From the NCBI GenBank assembly GCA_010093815.1, contig ML996567.1: DNA of 64,000 bases; one strand, given 5' to 3'. The DNA comes from Pseudovirgaria hyperparasitica. Its lineage: Eukaryota. Made by a program: the position numbers and the translations under genes. The notes beneath the pieces are model-generated. The model ran no database searches and had not been told where the DNA came from. It was given only the letters and a program-made list of their open reading frames with translations. Positions 49,404-61,441 of the stretch are shown one piece after another. Every line of letters begins with the position of its first letter. The first letter of the stretch is position 1.

Positions 49404-49929
49404 AGGCTGATATAGGTGTAGAGATCGGTGTATCATTATGGTTAGACTTGGATAGGAGTGGATTATTTCATTTGAATGAGCACATGAGCAGAATCGATAG
49501 ATAGTCATGAATACACGACGTAAACGTAGAATTGACACCTATGTGGAACACAAAAAGCAAGTACTAGGCAATGTGAGTTCAATCTTAGTCGCAACATTGT
49601 ACAGTTTGCAATCCATCAGTGTATCTGGTGCATATAAAAATACGCGATCCACTCCCAGGATCAAGAAACCCATCACCAGAAGAACGATATACCGGTCGAA
49701 GACAGTCACCATCTGCTCTACCTCGACAATCAGAATGTGGAATCGCACATGTGGGGCTACCGGCTCCGCGCTTAAGCTCGCGATGACGTCGTGTGTAGAT
49801 AATCCTCGTTTTCGGCGCGGATGAGCTATGCCCAGAGTCTGATATCTCTGCTTTTAAAGATTGCAATATTGATGCAGAGTTTTAAGATCTGTTATCCATC
49901 CTTACGAGATCCTTCCGACGCGTATCAAA

Positions 49930-51068
49930 ATGGACTATGAACCCCTTGTGCCCCCTATCCCCGCCCCAGACCTTAAGATACCAAAATCAGAGGCCACAGT
50001 CGAGATATGCGCCATTGACTCGTACGTGCTTCACATCCTCTTCACCTACACGTCGTACATTAACAGCTCTCCAGCGGCGCCCGCTTCTCCCTCCCCATCG
50101 ACCCGTTTCTGACGCCAAACATCGCCGACAAAACCCGCCTCTCCGGCCCTGCATTCTCCTTTCTCATCACGCACCCCAGCGGTCGGCGCAGCGTCTTCGA
50201 CCTCGGCATCCTCAGCACACTGACACAGTACCCGCCCGGCATCCAAACCAGCATCGCGAACAACGGCTGGGAAGTCACGCCAGGCCGCGACATAGCACGT
50301 ATACTCACTGAAGACAGAGGCATCGACCTGGACAGCGTGCACGAGGTCATCTGGTCGCACGCACACTGGGACCACGTCGGGGCGCCATGGCAATTTCCCG
50401 CGCGCACAGCGCTAGTCGTGGGACCGGGGTTCCGCGAGGCCTTTCTGCCGGGATATCCGGCGGATGAGAGCAGTCGGGTGCTGGCTCGTAGCTGGGAGGG
50501 GCGCGAGCTGCGGGAGGTGGATTTTCGCTCGGGGGCGCAGCTGCGCGTGGGTCGTTTTGAGGCGGTGGATTGGTATGGCGATGGGAGCTTTTATCTGCTG
50601 CATGCGCCGGGGCATGCGGTGGGGCATATGTGTGGATTAGCGAGGACGACGCCGGGGACGTTTGTGTTTCTGGGCGGCGATGTGTGTCATCATGGTGGGG
50701 AGATGAGGCCGACGGAGTATGTGCCGTTGCCTAGGGAGGTGACGCCGGGGATGGTGCCTCGCCTACGGAGTGTGTGTCCGGGGAGCGAGTATGTGGATGG
50801 GCATCCGGAGAAGAGTGGTGTCAAGCCATTTTATCGGATGACGGAGAGTTTTCCGAGTGATATTGGGGTTGCGGAGTGGAGCTTGGAGGGTACGGAGGAG
50901 TTTGATGCGTGTAGAGACATATTCGTGTGTTTGGCGCATGATGAGAGTTTGCTGGAGGTGTTGGAGTATTTGCCGAAGACGATGAATGGGTGGAGGGGAA
51001 GGGGATGGGGTGAGAAGGTGAGGTGGAGGTTCTTAGGAGATTTTGAGATTGGGGAGAAGGATAGATAG
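49930..51068 (+). CDS. Metallo-beta-lactamase-fold hydrolase (AHL-lactonase/lactamase-like)
   Basis: Exons 49930-50021 and 50075-51068. Motifs FSFLITHPSG..VFDLG, WSHAHWDHVG (HxHxDH), APGHAVGH, GGDVCHH and AHD. Confidence 0.9.
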
Positions 51069-51172
51069 GATTGGAACAGGGAAGGGGGTCTTTTGGCGTA
51101 GAGGCGTCCATAGACAAGATTGATTTAGGTGCTGATATATCGATCATGGTAGTGTGGCCATCGTGGCTTTGA

Positions 51173-52033
51173 TCACTCTCCTCTTTCCTTAGCTGCTTCT
51201 CGCGCAAGAGACATCAGAAACTCTTCGTCGTCTATTTCCGCCTCTTCGCCGTCCACATCCCATCTACACCAGCCGTGAGTCTCTCCACAGTGAATCCAGA
51301 CAGTCCTCTCGAACAAGACCCGTGGGCAGGTCTTTTTCTCTATGAGTCTCTCGGCAGCCACCATCACACCGAAGTCCAGGTCGTAATCACTGCCCATCGT
51401 CGCATAGCCAGTCTTATCTCGCACAATCTTAGTATCCACCGCAGGTATAATGCGAACCTTGAAGAACGGGTTCTCGCGGCCCTGCGTCTCAGCCTCCAGA
51501 ATGTCCTTCGCCTTGAAGCTTCTGCTTCTGCGAACATAGATCTCCTTGTCCTTGAACCCAATTGCGAGTCTCCATTCCGTCGGGTTTCCACCATCTTCCG
51601 TGAAGAAGCTTACGGGCCAAGGTACGATGAATCGCATGAGGAGGAAATCAATCATGAAATGCGCTGAGCGGCCCAGCATGATCCATACCAGTTCTTTTGT
51701 CGTATGCTTGCTCTTGTCAACAGTCGTCGACGTCTCGTAGCCCCATACTGTCAGGAGGAGTGACCAGTACCAGGGCAGCTGTACATAAAGCCTATACAAG
51801 AGACCTATAGCGATTGACAAGTTCATAATGACCGGGACGGCAAAGATTTGCTTCTTGAAGAATGTCGGGTGGTCGTCAACGTGCGTGATATATACGTACT
51901 CTGGATTCAGGAGCGAGAGGAAGGGTACCATGGCGTCTGGTGCAGACTCGAACGGCTCGGGGGGTCCTTTGACCTTTTTCGCAGTATTAGTACCGCCAGA
52001 TTTGGCGGCCCGCTTAGAAGGTTTCGGCGCCAT
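51173..52033 (-). CDS. Hypothetical membrane protein (286 aa)
   Basis: Intronless ATG ORF with two to three hydrophobic segments (IFAVPVIMNLSIAIGLLYRL; FMIDFLLMRFIVPWPVSFF). Divergent from VPS35. Confidence 0.75.
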   Translation of the reverse strand: MAPKPSKRAAKSGGTNTAKKVKGPPEPFESAPDAMVPFLSLLNPEYVYITHVDDHPTFFKKQIFAVPVIMNLSIAIGLLYRLYVQLPWYWSLLLTVWGYETSTTVDKSKHTTKELVWIMLGRSAHFMIDFLLMRFIVPWPVSFFTEDGGNPTEWRLAIGFKDKEIYVRRSRSFKAKDILEAETQGRENPFFKVRIIPAVDTKIVRDKTGYATMGSDYDLDFGVMVAAERLIEKKTCPRVLFERTVWIHCGETHGWCRWDVDGEEAEIDDEEFLMSLAREAAKERGE

Positions 52034-52275
52034 GCTGATTGATACGAATTAGAATGTATGCGAGCTGTAACAATCACATGGAGAGAATTTACATTATCTC
52101 AGTGGGTCTGCACTAGAACGAGCTCAGACAGCAAAGCCACGTTTTGCTTCAGCCACAGCTATGAGGCCGCGCCTAACGTAACGCCTGTTCCTGCTTCCTT
52201 AGTATATCTAACGCCTTGCCAGCTTGAACGGTCTAATTCAAGCAGTCGTCCCTCGATTCTCCCCAGTCCTGCACC

Positions 52276-55167
52276 ATGTCGTCACCGCCGGCTCAGGAAG
52301 ATCAGGCTCGGCTACTGGAAGATGCGCTGAGCGTCGTGCGACAGCAGACTATGCTCATGCGCAGGTGCCTAGAGACTCCGGGGAAGCTCATGGATGCCCT
52401 GAAGTGCAGGTAGGTTCGCAATGAGCATACGCATAAGCATACGCATAAGCATATATGAGGACCTAGTGTATGCTAAAGACTCTGCAGCTCAACCCTCGTA
52501 TCGGAGCTCCGGACAAGCAGCTTGGGGCCAAAGCAGTATTACGAGTTATATATGTCGGTATTCGATGCGCTGCGGCACCTCTCTGTCTACCTACGCGATA
52601 ATCATCCTGTCAATCACCTCGCCGATCTATATGAGCTTGTGCAGTATGCTGGAAATATCATCCCTCGGTTGTACCTCATGGTTACGGTGGGCACTGTCTA
52701 CATGGCAATTGAAGATGCGCCAGTGAAAGAGATCATGAAGGACATGATGGAGATGAGTAGGGGTGTGCAGCATCCCATCAGGGGTCTGTTTTTGCGATAT
52801 TATCTCTCTGGGCAAGCAAGAGACTGTTTGCCACAAGGAACTGGTGATGGGCCAGAGGGCAACCTCCAGGACTCCATTAGCTTTATTCTGACCAACTTCG
52901 TGGAAATGAACAAGCTGTGGGTCCGATTGCAGCACCAAGGGCACTCCAGAGAACGTGAACAACGGACGAAAGAGAGGCAAGAGCTGCAACTGCTGGTCGG
53001 CAGCAACCTAGTCAGGTTAAGCCAATTGGTGGATCTAGAGAACTACAAAAAGATCTTGAATCCTTTACTGGAACAGGTCGTTCAGTGCCGGGACGTACTT
53101 GCCCAGGAGTATCTACTAGAAGGTCAGACAGCACACCGTATCCCGGAAAAGAGTGCTAATACGGAGTAGTCATCACACAGGTCTTCCCGGACGAGTTCCA
53201 CCTCCACACCCTGGATCAATTCCTGTCTGCCACAGCGCGCCTGAATCCGAATGTCAACATCAAGGCAATTGTAATAGGGCTGATGGATCGTTTGTCTGCC
53301 TATGCGGCGCGAGAAGCTGAGTCTGAGTCGCCTGAAGAACGAAAGAAGACTGAGGAAGAGGCGACGGCGAAGCTGTTTGAGAATTTACGGATTGCTAAAG
53401 AGAAGAAATCGATCGAGTCACCGAAGCAACATAATGGAGACACTACAGAAGGCGAGCAACCAGCTGCAGACGCAGATCCTGCCACTACAAATGAGGATGC
53501 GGAACCAGGTCAATCGACGGAACCCGGAACATCAGAAACCGAACCGGACGAGAAGACTCGTGGCATCCCCAGCAGCGTCAAGTTGTTTGAGATATTCTAT
53601 GAACAGGTTACCAGTTTGGTCAGACTGCAAAGACTGCCCATTCAAGATACAATCGCAATGTTGGTATCGTTAGCCGGTTTGGCTTTGTAAGTTGTTCTCA
53701 TCATGACTATGAGCACTGGCTGACTTTGACAGGAACATATACCCAGAAAGACTAGATTACGTTGATCAAGTCTTGTCTTTTGCCATCGAGAAGGTCACAC
53801 AGTTCGCGAACAGCGCAGACCTCCACTCGCAAGGCTCGCAGCAGAACATCTTGAGCTTACTGCTGTCGCCCATAAAAGCTTATATATCCTTATTTACCGC
53901 ACTTGCACTACCCAGCTTTGCTCCTCTTCTTTATTTACAGCCCTATCCTACTAGAAGAGCAGTTGCTGGAGAAGTGGCACGGAGTCTTCTCCGGAATCAG
54001 ACGAAGATTACCACGGTGGAGAATCTGGACAGCGTGATGGACATATTAAAGGTACTGATCAAAGAGGGCATTCAACAGCCGCAAGGCTACCCTGGGGGAC
54101 CTGTCCAACGAAAAGCCATGGAGACAGAAGAGACAATAGAAGAACAGGGCTGGTTGTCGCGGATAGTGCATCTCATCCAAGGTGAAGACAACGACACTCA
54201 ATTCAAAGTATGTCAGAGCTCGTTCTCCCAGTTCATTCTATACTCACAGCAGTCCCAGTTAATTCAAAGCACCCGCAAAGCCTTCGCTGAAGGTAACGAA
54301 CGCGTGCGCTTCACCAGTCCCGCCCTCCTGACCGCCTCGATAAAACTCGCGCGCTGCTTCAAAGCCCGCGAGCACTACGACGACAACTGGTCCAGCCAAT
54401 CTTCGTCACTTTACAAATTTATGCATTCGCTGCTCTCTACATTGTATGCGCGCGTTGGTGGCGCTGCCGAGCTGTCCCTACGCCTGTTCGTCGGCTGCGG
54501 CCAAGTTGCCGACCAGACAGGCTTCGAAGAAGTTGCGTACGAGTTCTTCGCCCAGGCGTTCACAATCTATGAGGAAGCCATCAGCGACTCGCGCGCGCAG
54601 TTTCAAGCGGTATGTGTTGTTGCTGGCGGGCTGCACTCGACACGCAACTTCAGCAAGGAAAACTACGATACGCTGATTACGAAGTGTGCATTGCATGGTA
54701 GTAAATTGCTCAAGAAGCCTGATCAGTGTCGCGCGGTCTATCTTGCGAGTCATCTGTGGTGGGCGACTGAGATACGCGCGAAGGGCGAGGAGGACCTAAA
54801 GAGCTTATATCGCGATGGAAAGAGAGTGCTGGAGTGTTTGCAGCGAGCGCTTAGAGTAGCTGATGCGTGCATGGATACAGCGGTTAGTGTGGAGCTGTTT
54901 GTGGAGATTTTGAATCGCTATGTGTACTATTTTGATCAAGAGAACGATGCGGTAAGTCAGCACCCTACTATTGAGAGAGGAGGTTTGGCTAATATTCTTG
55001 GCTAGGTCACGACGAAATACCTCAACGGCCTGATTGAGTTGATCCATTCCAATCTAAACATGAACGAGGCAACGTCAAGTCTGGAAAATCCAAGGAGACA
55101 CTTCTTGCGGACGCTTGAGTATATTAGAAGTCGCGAATACGAGGGCGTGGTGACGGAGGCGAAGTGA
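52276..55167 (+). CDS. VPS35: Retromer subunit Vps35
   Basis: Exons 52276-52409, 52488-53122, 53170-53686, 53733-54207, 54259-54951, 55006-55167. Hallmarks [46 protein letters not shown] and [10 protein letters not shown]. Confidence 0.97.
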
Positions 55168-55532
55168 AAGGCGGGACGAAGGGAGGGTTTTGGGCAATGG
55201 TACTGTACAGATAGCGTTGCGCGGTTCTACAGTAGCAAAAGTAAATGGAACACGGTGGAAAGGGTCAATAGATTAATATTCATACCCGCAACATGTAAAA
55301 TTGATTGGGGTACATTACATTGCATAAGTGATGAGTAAAATTTCGGTGTTGTACATGTGTACCTAGCTGTGCTCCGATGATATAGTGTGTGATGCAAGGC
55401 GCTATGAGTGTACAAAAGCCTCACGCCTTCCTCCTGGTACATTTTTTGTATGACTCCCTGGACCCCTCAAAACACCTAATATTCAATTTCCGACATGCGA
55501 TGCCAATGAATATTCTATGCCTGTGTGCTTCT

Positions 55533-56336
55533 TCATTCCTTGATATCAAAGCTCGTTCCGCATCCACAGCTACTCGACGCTCCCGGGATTCCGGTGACCT
55601 TGAATTGGCTTCCAATGAGCTCCATCGTATAGTCCACCGTGCTCCCACTCAGCAGTCCCAAGCTAGCCTCATCCATAACAACCTTGGCACCCTTGGGTCC
55701 CTCGAAAACCGTATCGTACTCCTCGTCACCAACATCCACAGAGCTCTTGCCCTTGGCTCCAATCGTAGTGAGGTCCATCAGATACTGGAAGCCATGGCAA
55801 CCTCCGCTCTCGATAGTGATGCGCAGCGCGCTATTGGGATTGCCGTCCTTTGCGGCAATGGCAGCGAGCCTGTCTGCAGCGCGCGGCGTGATGGTGATGG
55901 AAGCAGAGGTGTTGAGGCCCGGGCCGGAGATGGGGCGCGCGGGATGCAGGCGCGGGATCGCTGATGGAGGAGACATGGTCGAGTCGGCTTTCCGCTCGCT
56001 GACGGCTTCGAGACGGCGAGCTGCGGCGCTCAGGTGGCGGAGGTGTGGTCTGCGTGTGCTTGAAGTCGAGGACGCATTTTGGCCGGAGATGCTAGAGATG
56101 CTAGAAATGCTGGCGATGCTTGCGCGGCGAGACGGGGTGGTGTATGTGCGCTTTTGCACGGAGGCGGGGGCGGTGAGGACGGAGGGCGGATGTGCTTCAA
56201 AGTATGGGTTGTAGGGATTGTATGCGATGCGTTGAGATGCGCGGGTTTTGTATGCCACAGACTTCTCTAATGGTGATACGCAGAAGGTGCGGGAGAGGCG
56301 GCGACTCGTCCGGACGGCGAGGTTGAAGTTCGACAT
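55533..56336 (-). CDS. ISA2: Mitochondrial iron-sulfur cluster assembly protein (HesB/IscA family, Isa2-type)
   Basis: LRITIESGGCHGFQY and SSCGCGTSF; the GGCHGFQY variant is Isa2-type. Long Arg/Ser-rich presequence. Confidence 0.9.
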   Translation of the reverse strand: MSNFNLAVRTSRRLSRTFCVSPLEKSVAYKTRASQRIAYNPYNPYFEAHPPSVLTAPASVQKRTYTTPSRRASIASISSISSISGQNASSTSSTRRPHLRHLSAAARRLEAVSERKADSTMSPPSAIPRLHPARPISGPGLNTSASITITPRAADRLAAIAAKDGNPNSALRITIESGGCHGFQYLMDLTTIGAKGKSSVDVGDEEYDTVFEGPKGAKVVMDEASLGLLSGSTVDYTMELIGSQFKVTGIPGASSSCGCGTSFDIKE

Positions 56337-56918
56337 CACAATGTCTGGATATAGGAATTTATGGTAGAGGAGAGAAGCTTGGATGTTAAGATGTTTGTGT
56401 AGGTTGTCGTTTTGTAGGTTGTAGTTGTGGTGGCAGCAGTAGTTATGTTAAGGTAATATGGTGATAGGACTTGATCAGCACGGCAAGGTGCTCTCTTTAT
56501 AAGAATTGGCCAACGGCGCTCTGAAGGTTGTTAGGCTTGTATGGGACCCACACTCGTCAATCAACCATGGAACGAACAATAGCTAGGACAAGGAAGCATT
56601 GAAAGGTCATAATGCACAACCTTGGAACAATCAAGTTCAAGTCATTATTGAGACCAGACGACCGTCGGTAACACAGCGGACGCTTCCTATTGTCATATGT
56701 TAATAGTCAATTATACGGTAGCCCGATTAAGGCGCGGGGGACTCAGTTAATGACTAAGCACTCACCCACTTCCAAGGTTCCCGGGTCCAAGATGCCGCTC
56801 TGGAAAGAATTAGTCACTTACTTCACTGCGCCGCTCTTTCTACAGGTATGTGTCCAATTCACTTCTATTCTCATTTTTCGCTTCTTCTCATTAGGTTCAG
56901 TCGCTCATTCTAACCACC

Positions 56919-58411
56919 ATGGCTTTAGATCATCTCACCCAGACCTACGCTGACGAGCAAGACGCTGCCGACCCGCTCCGTCACCTCCGCGATGAATTTA
57001 TCATTCCAACGCGACACAACTTAGAAAACACCGGCGTCGCAAGCACCGATAGTGACACGCAATGTACATACCTATGCGGAAACTCGCTCGGCGTCCAGCC
57101 CAAACGGGCGCGCAAATATATTCATCAATTCTTGGACTCGTGGAGCCAGCAAGGTGTTTTTGGTCACTTTAAACAGCTCAAGAACAGCTTTCTACCACCA
57201 TGGGTACACATGGATGATGCTGTCAAAAACGCGGCTACACCCTTATTTGGTGCATTGCCTACAGAGGTTGCCATCATGGAAACATTGACAGCGAATCTGC
57301 ATTTGGCTATGGCTAGCTTCTATAAGCCAACTAAGGAAAGATACAAGATCATCATCGAGGGAAAAGCTTTCCCTAGCGATCACGTCAGTACACCTGTGTA
57401 GCCCCTATCCATTTCTGACATCTCCTCCAGTACGCAGCAATCTCCCAACTCGAGCACCACGGTCTTCCCCCCTCCGCTCTTATATGCATCACCCCTCCAG
57501 ATGACAAATCCCCCTACCTTCCAACAGACCATATATGCGCAATCATATCTGAACATGCCGCCTCCACAGCACTCGTCCTCCTCCCTGGTATCCAATACTA
57601 CAGCGGTCAACTCTTCGATATTGCCACGATTACCGCCCACGCACACTCGCTAGGCCTGGTAATCGGCTGGGACCTGGCACATGCGGCGGGAAATGTGCCC
57701 CTGCAGTTACATGACTGGGACGTCGACTTCGCTGTGTGGTGTAACTACAAGTACCTAAACTCCGGACCCGGTGCTATTGGAGGGCTATTCGTGCACGAGA
57801 AACACGGGATCGTGACACCTAAGAGGCAGACCGATGGTGGCGCGGAACTTCCCGCTGTCATTAAAGACGGCGAGCAAATTCCAGAATTGGAATACAGACC
57901 GAGACTGAGTGGCTGGTGGGGAAACGAGAAATCAACACGGTTTCGCATGGAGCCGCAGTTCCACCCCCGTGCAGGAGCTGCTGGGTATCAGTTATCCAAT
58001 CCATCTGCACTCGACATATCTTCTGTCATGGCATCGCTATCCGTCTTCAACGAGACAAGTATGCCGGAACTGCGTTCCAAATCGCTGAAGGTCACCAAAT
58101 TTCTCGAAGACTTACTCGTGCACCGACCGTGTCGAACGGATCGAAGTGATGCTAATGCGTATGAGATCATCACACCGATGAACCCTGCAGAGAGAGGTGC
58201 GCAGATCAGTGTCAAGGTCAAGCCAGGTTTCTTGGACACGGTGATGGAGGTGCTAGAGGCAGAGGGTGTGGTGGTGGACGAGCGTCAGCCGGATGTTGTG
58301 CGTGTGGCACCGGCGCCGCTGTACAACAACCATCGCGATGTGTGGGACTTTCATGTCGCATTTGAAAAGGCACTTGAGGCTGCGACAGCCAAGGCTGGTG
58401 AGGCTCAGTGA
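56919..58411 (+). CDS. BNA5: Kynureninase (PLP-dependent)
   Basis: Exons 56919-57383 and 57431-58411. Motifs YLCGNSLGVQP, KIIIEGKAFPSDHYA, GWDLAHAAGNVPL, WCNYKYLNSGPG (PLP Lys), RLSGWWG and RVAPAPLYN. Confidence 0.96.
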
Positions 58412-58766
58412 TATCCGCATCTGTTATTTAACTAGGAGTAGGAGAGATGAAGGACATTGTTTGTAAGCAGTTTTTCATTCTCATTCATGGACTTGCATTA
58501 CTAGCATAACTTTCGTAGCAAGATAACCCTGCTGAAGCTCCGCGCTATAAAACCTTACCCAATGCTCCCATATCTAGTCCTGTTTGTCCATCTATCGCCT
58601 CTCCCAGAACCAAGAGTAGCATCCAACCAGCGCCATCGCAAATTGACTCATTATATACTATACATGTCGCATGAGACCAGCATCGAAATACCTTCGTATC
58701 TAAACACACATACTCGAATCGAATCATCCAGAGGAGATGCTGCAGCTAAATGCAAAACTGTACTCT

Positions 58767-59912
58767 TTATTTGCCACCAGTTTCGCACGGGGTCGGCACA
58801 GGCATAGCAGGTATCGAGCTCGACCGCGCGGCAATTTTCGCTGCTGAATCTACATCCACAGTGTCGGCCTGTGCTTCTTCGGTTGGTTTGGGTGTGGGCT
58901 TTTTGGTGGTGGTGGTGGTGGCAGCGGGGACTGGGGTCTCTGATGGCTCGTCCAGGGGTTCAGGTGCAGGCTCCTGGGATTCGGGCTGCTCAGGCTCCGG
59001 CTGTTCGGATTCTGGCTGCTCAGTCTCTGATTGCTCAGTCTCCGGCTCGACCGGCTCTGGCTTCTCGTGTTCAGGCTCTGGCTTGGGCTCCTCCGGTTCA
59101 GGCTCCTCGGGCTCAGGCTCAGGCACTGGCTCCGTCTCAGGCTCCGGCTGATTAACGACCGGGTCAGATTCCGGGTTTCCCTCGTTCGTTTCTTCATCGG
59201 GTTCGGCAGCACTAGGCACAGGCGTGGGCGTGGCAGCACTGTGGAGCGATGTCTGTTTGGCAGGACTAGGTGCATCCACGGCAGAGGAGGAGTATATCGG
59301 GTAAAGGGTCTTCCATACTCCGTCGTCATAGTACACGGTCGTTTCGGCTGCAGGAGAGGCGGAGACGTCTTCGGTGTGGACTTTGGTTTTGACTTTCGTC
59401 GTGGTTTTAGCCGGAGGAGGGACTGGTGAGGGTGTGGGAGTCGTGGTCGGCGTTGTTGGGCGTGGTGGCGGTGGTGGTGGAGCGACTGAGCTTGAGGGCG
59501 CTTTGACGGGACTACTGCTCCTGCTCCTTGAAGGGGACGGTGCGCTTAAAGGCGTAGGCGTAGGGGTCGGGGTTGGTGTTGGTGTTGGTGTAGGTGTAGG
59601 TGTAGGTGTCGATGGCACAAGTGTGGCTACAGCTATCTTCTCGCTTGTCGTGGTATCTGTGTGCACCACTGTTTGTTCTACGATGTCCGTTGCAGGAGGT
59701 ACGACTGGAACATCGAATGTGATTGTCTGAACAACAGTCACAGGAGGAGCAGGAGGTGCTGCATTGGCAAAGGTGGGAGCATAGCCGCCGTCAACGTTCA
59801 CAATTGCGAAGGTCTTTACGTTGCGGATATGTTGTAATATTGGTGCGTCAAGTGGGAGGGCGAGAGTGACGGTTGGAGAGAGGAAGGAGAGGAGGATAGC
59901 AGAGGGGCGCAT
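58767..59912 (-). CDS. Putative secreted Pro/Thr/Glu-rich (mucin-like) protein
   Basis: Signal-peptide-like MRPSAILLSFLSPTVTLA, (TP)n and (EP)n repeats, and a short non-repetitive motif YYDDGVWKTLYP. Confidence 0.75.
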   Translation of the reverse strand: MRPSAILLSFLSPTVTLALPLDAPILQHIRNVKTFAIVNVDGGYAPTFANAAPPAPPVTVVQTITFDVPVVPPATDIVEQTVVHTDTTTSEKIAVATLVPSTPTPTPTPTPTPTPTPTPTPLSAPSPSRSRSSSPVKAPSSSVAPPPPPPRPTTPTTTPTPSPVPPPAKTTTKVKTKVHTEDVSASPAAETTVYYDDGVWKTLYPIYSSSAVDAPSPAKQTSLHSAATPTPVPSAAEPDEETNEGNPESDPVVNQPEPETEPVPEPEPEEPEPEEPKPEPEHEKPEPVEPETEQSETEQPESEQPEPEQPESQEPAPEPLDEPSETPVPAATTTTTKKPTPKPTEEAQADTVDVDSAAKIAARSSSIPAMPVPTPCETGGK

Positions 59913-60818
59913 CTCGAAGATTTGATGAAGGTCGTGGTGACTGGAAAGAAGCAGAGCACGAGGCCCTTGAGTCCGAAAACCAGATCAGAGCCGAGATGTT
60001 ATGAAGCTCGCCGGGCCTGCTATCGTGAGATTTCTCGAAGATGGTTGCAGGGATGCAGGATGAAGTCGGTGTCGGTATGGACGGTGCTGAATGCGTTGGC
60101 AATGGAAGGAAGAAAGCGGGGAGAGATCAATCTATGCATGAGAAATTAGATGACTTCCCCGCCATGGTGCGTGGCTGGAATTGCGAAATGAAGCTGGTGT
60201 TGATATGTGGCGGGGAGGCTGGTATCACGATGTTGCCCTGTTGCCATCCATGTCGTTTGAGGGGCTGGCCAGGATACGGGAGGCTGGGGCCCCACTTAGT
60301 GTGGCGCTCGCTTAAGGCGGCCGCTAGCAATCCCGAACCATAAGCTCGGGCCCAGTAGTGAAGTCTTCGGCAGCATACCAGGAGGTGCACGTGACACATT
60401 CAGTGCCATAAAAGTATGCGCAAATGCCATTTTTATCGTTAAAGTGCGATGGGATTTGAAATATAGATACTACTGCTGATACTGCTACCAGCTTTAGTGC
60501 TATATCTCGTTATAACAGCCAACAAGCCCCACGCGCAGCCTGTATTTGAGATTAAACCTAACGAAAAGAGTCTGACACCACCCAGATGCACGTTGGAGAC
60601 TTCATATTCCAGCCGGAACACCGAGCTGTAGTTGCTAATACTACAAGCACTTTCAATGAATTGGCTTTGTACTCCAGGTTGGCTGCTGGTGGCTTCAGCT
60701 CACACTATGACGTCATATACAAGCTAATGACTGCCCTGCTTATACCATGAAAGCGATAACTCTCAAGCATCGACAGCATTTTTTGCCAACGCCGAAAATA
60801 AGTTCATCAGCAGCAAAT

Positions 60819-61441
60819 ATGACCCCTTCCGCGACGACAGCGATTTCATACCTGCTCTGGGCATACCTCAAAGGCGCTCATGGCTACCAAGCTTACATCA
60901 GCTCGCGGATTCTGCGCAGCTCCTATGTCGCTATCATGAACCTGAGGGTACACGAGAAAGAGACAGAGAAAGCTGCCAAGTACTCCGAAACTGTCGCCGA
61001 CCAACTACGCAAGATTCGGACAACACAGGCAAGTGGTGTCGTCACGGTGAGCTCAGTTAACCCCATTCCAAGAATCCAAGCTCTCAGATTGACTCATTTA
61101 CGAAGGGCCTTATATCCCTGATCTCCTCAGTGTACTTGATATACTCAGGCACAACTGCGAATAGCCTGTCGTTGTCTTCACCACAGCTACTGCTTTCGAT
61201 CGCCAACATCAGTTTCAGTGCCGCGGCTTCACGGTACATTGCGGGATTTTGGGCTCATTCAACACGTGTCCCCTTTGTCGAGAGCTACAATGAGGCACTT
61301 CGCCGCACCGACGACGTTGTATCAGCTCTCCAAAGCAGTGCGGCTGCGTGGCTTCTGTCGCTGCCGGTGTCTTCTCGAGTGGGTAATGGCTGTACAGGTG
61401 TTCGCATCCTGCTCTTTCGGTTTATGGACAGCAGTTGTTGA
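60819..61441 (+). CDS. Small hypothetical membrane protein
   Basis: Exon 60819-61046 (in-frame upstream ATG at 60747), intron 61047-61105 (GTGAGC..AAG), exon 61106-61441 in frame. The motif EKAAKYSETVADQLRKIRTTQASG...FW..RVPFVESYNEAL resembles a fungal hypothetical family. Confidence 0.65.

Noticed and set aside
52423..52452. 12-bp tandem repeat (AGCATACGCATA) in VPS35 intron 1
   Set aside because: A simple local duplication with no spacers; not CRISPR-like.
32676..58411. NAD-metabolism cluster (NNT plus kynureninase)
   Set aside because: The genes are more than 20 kb apart, with many unrelated genes between them.
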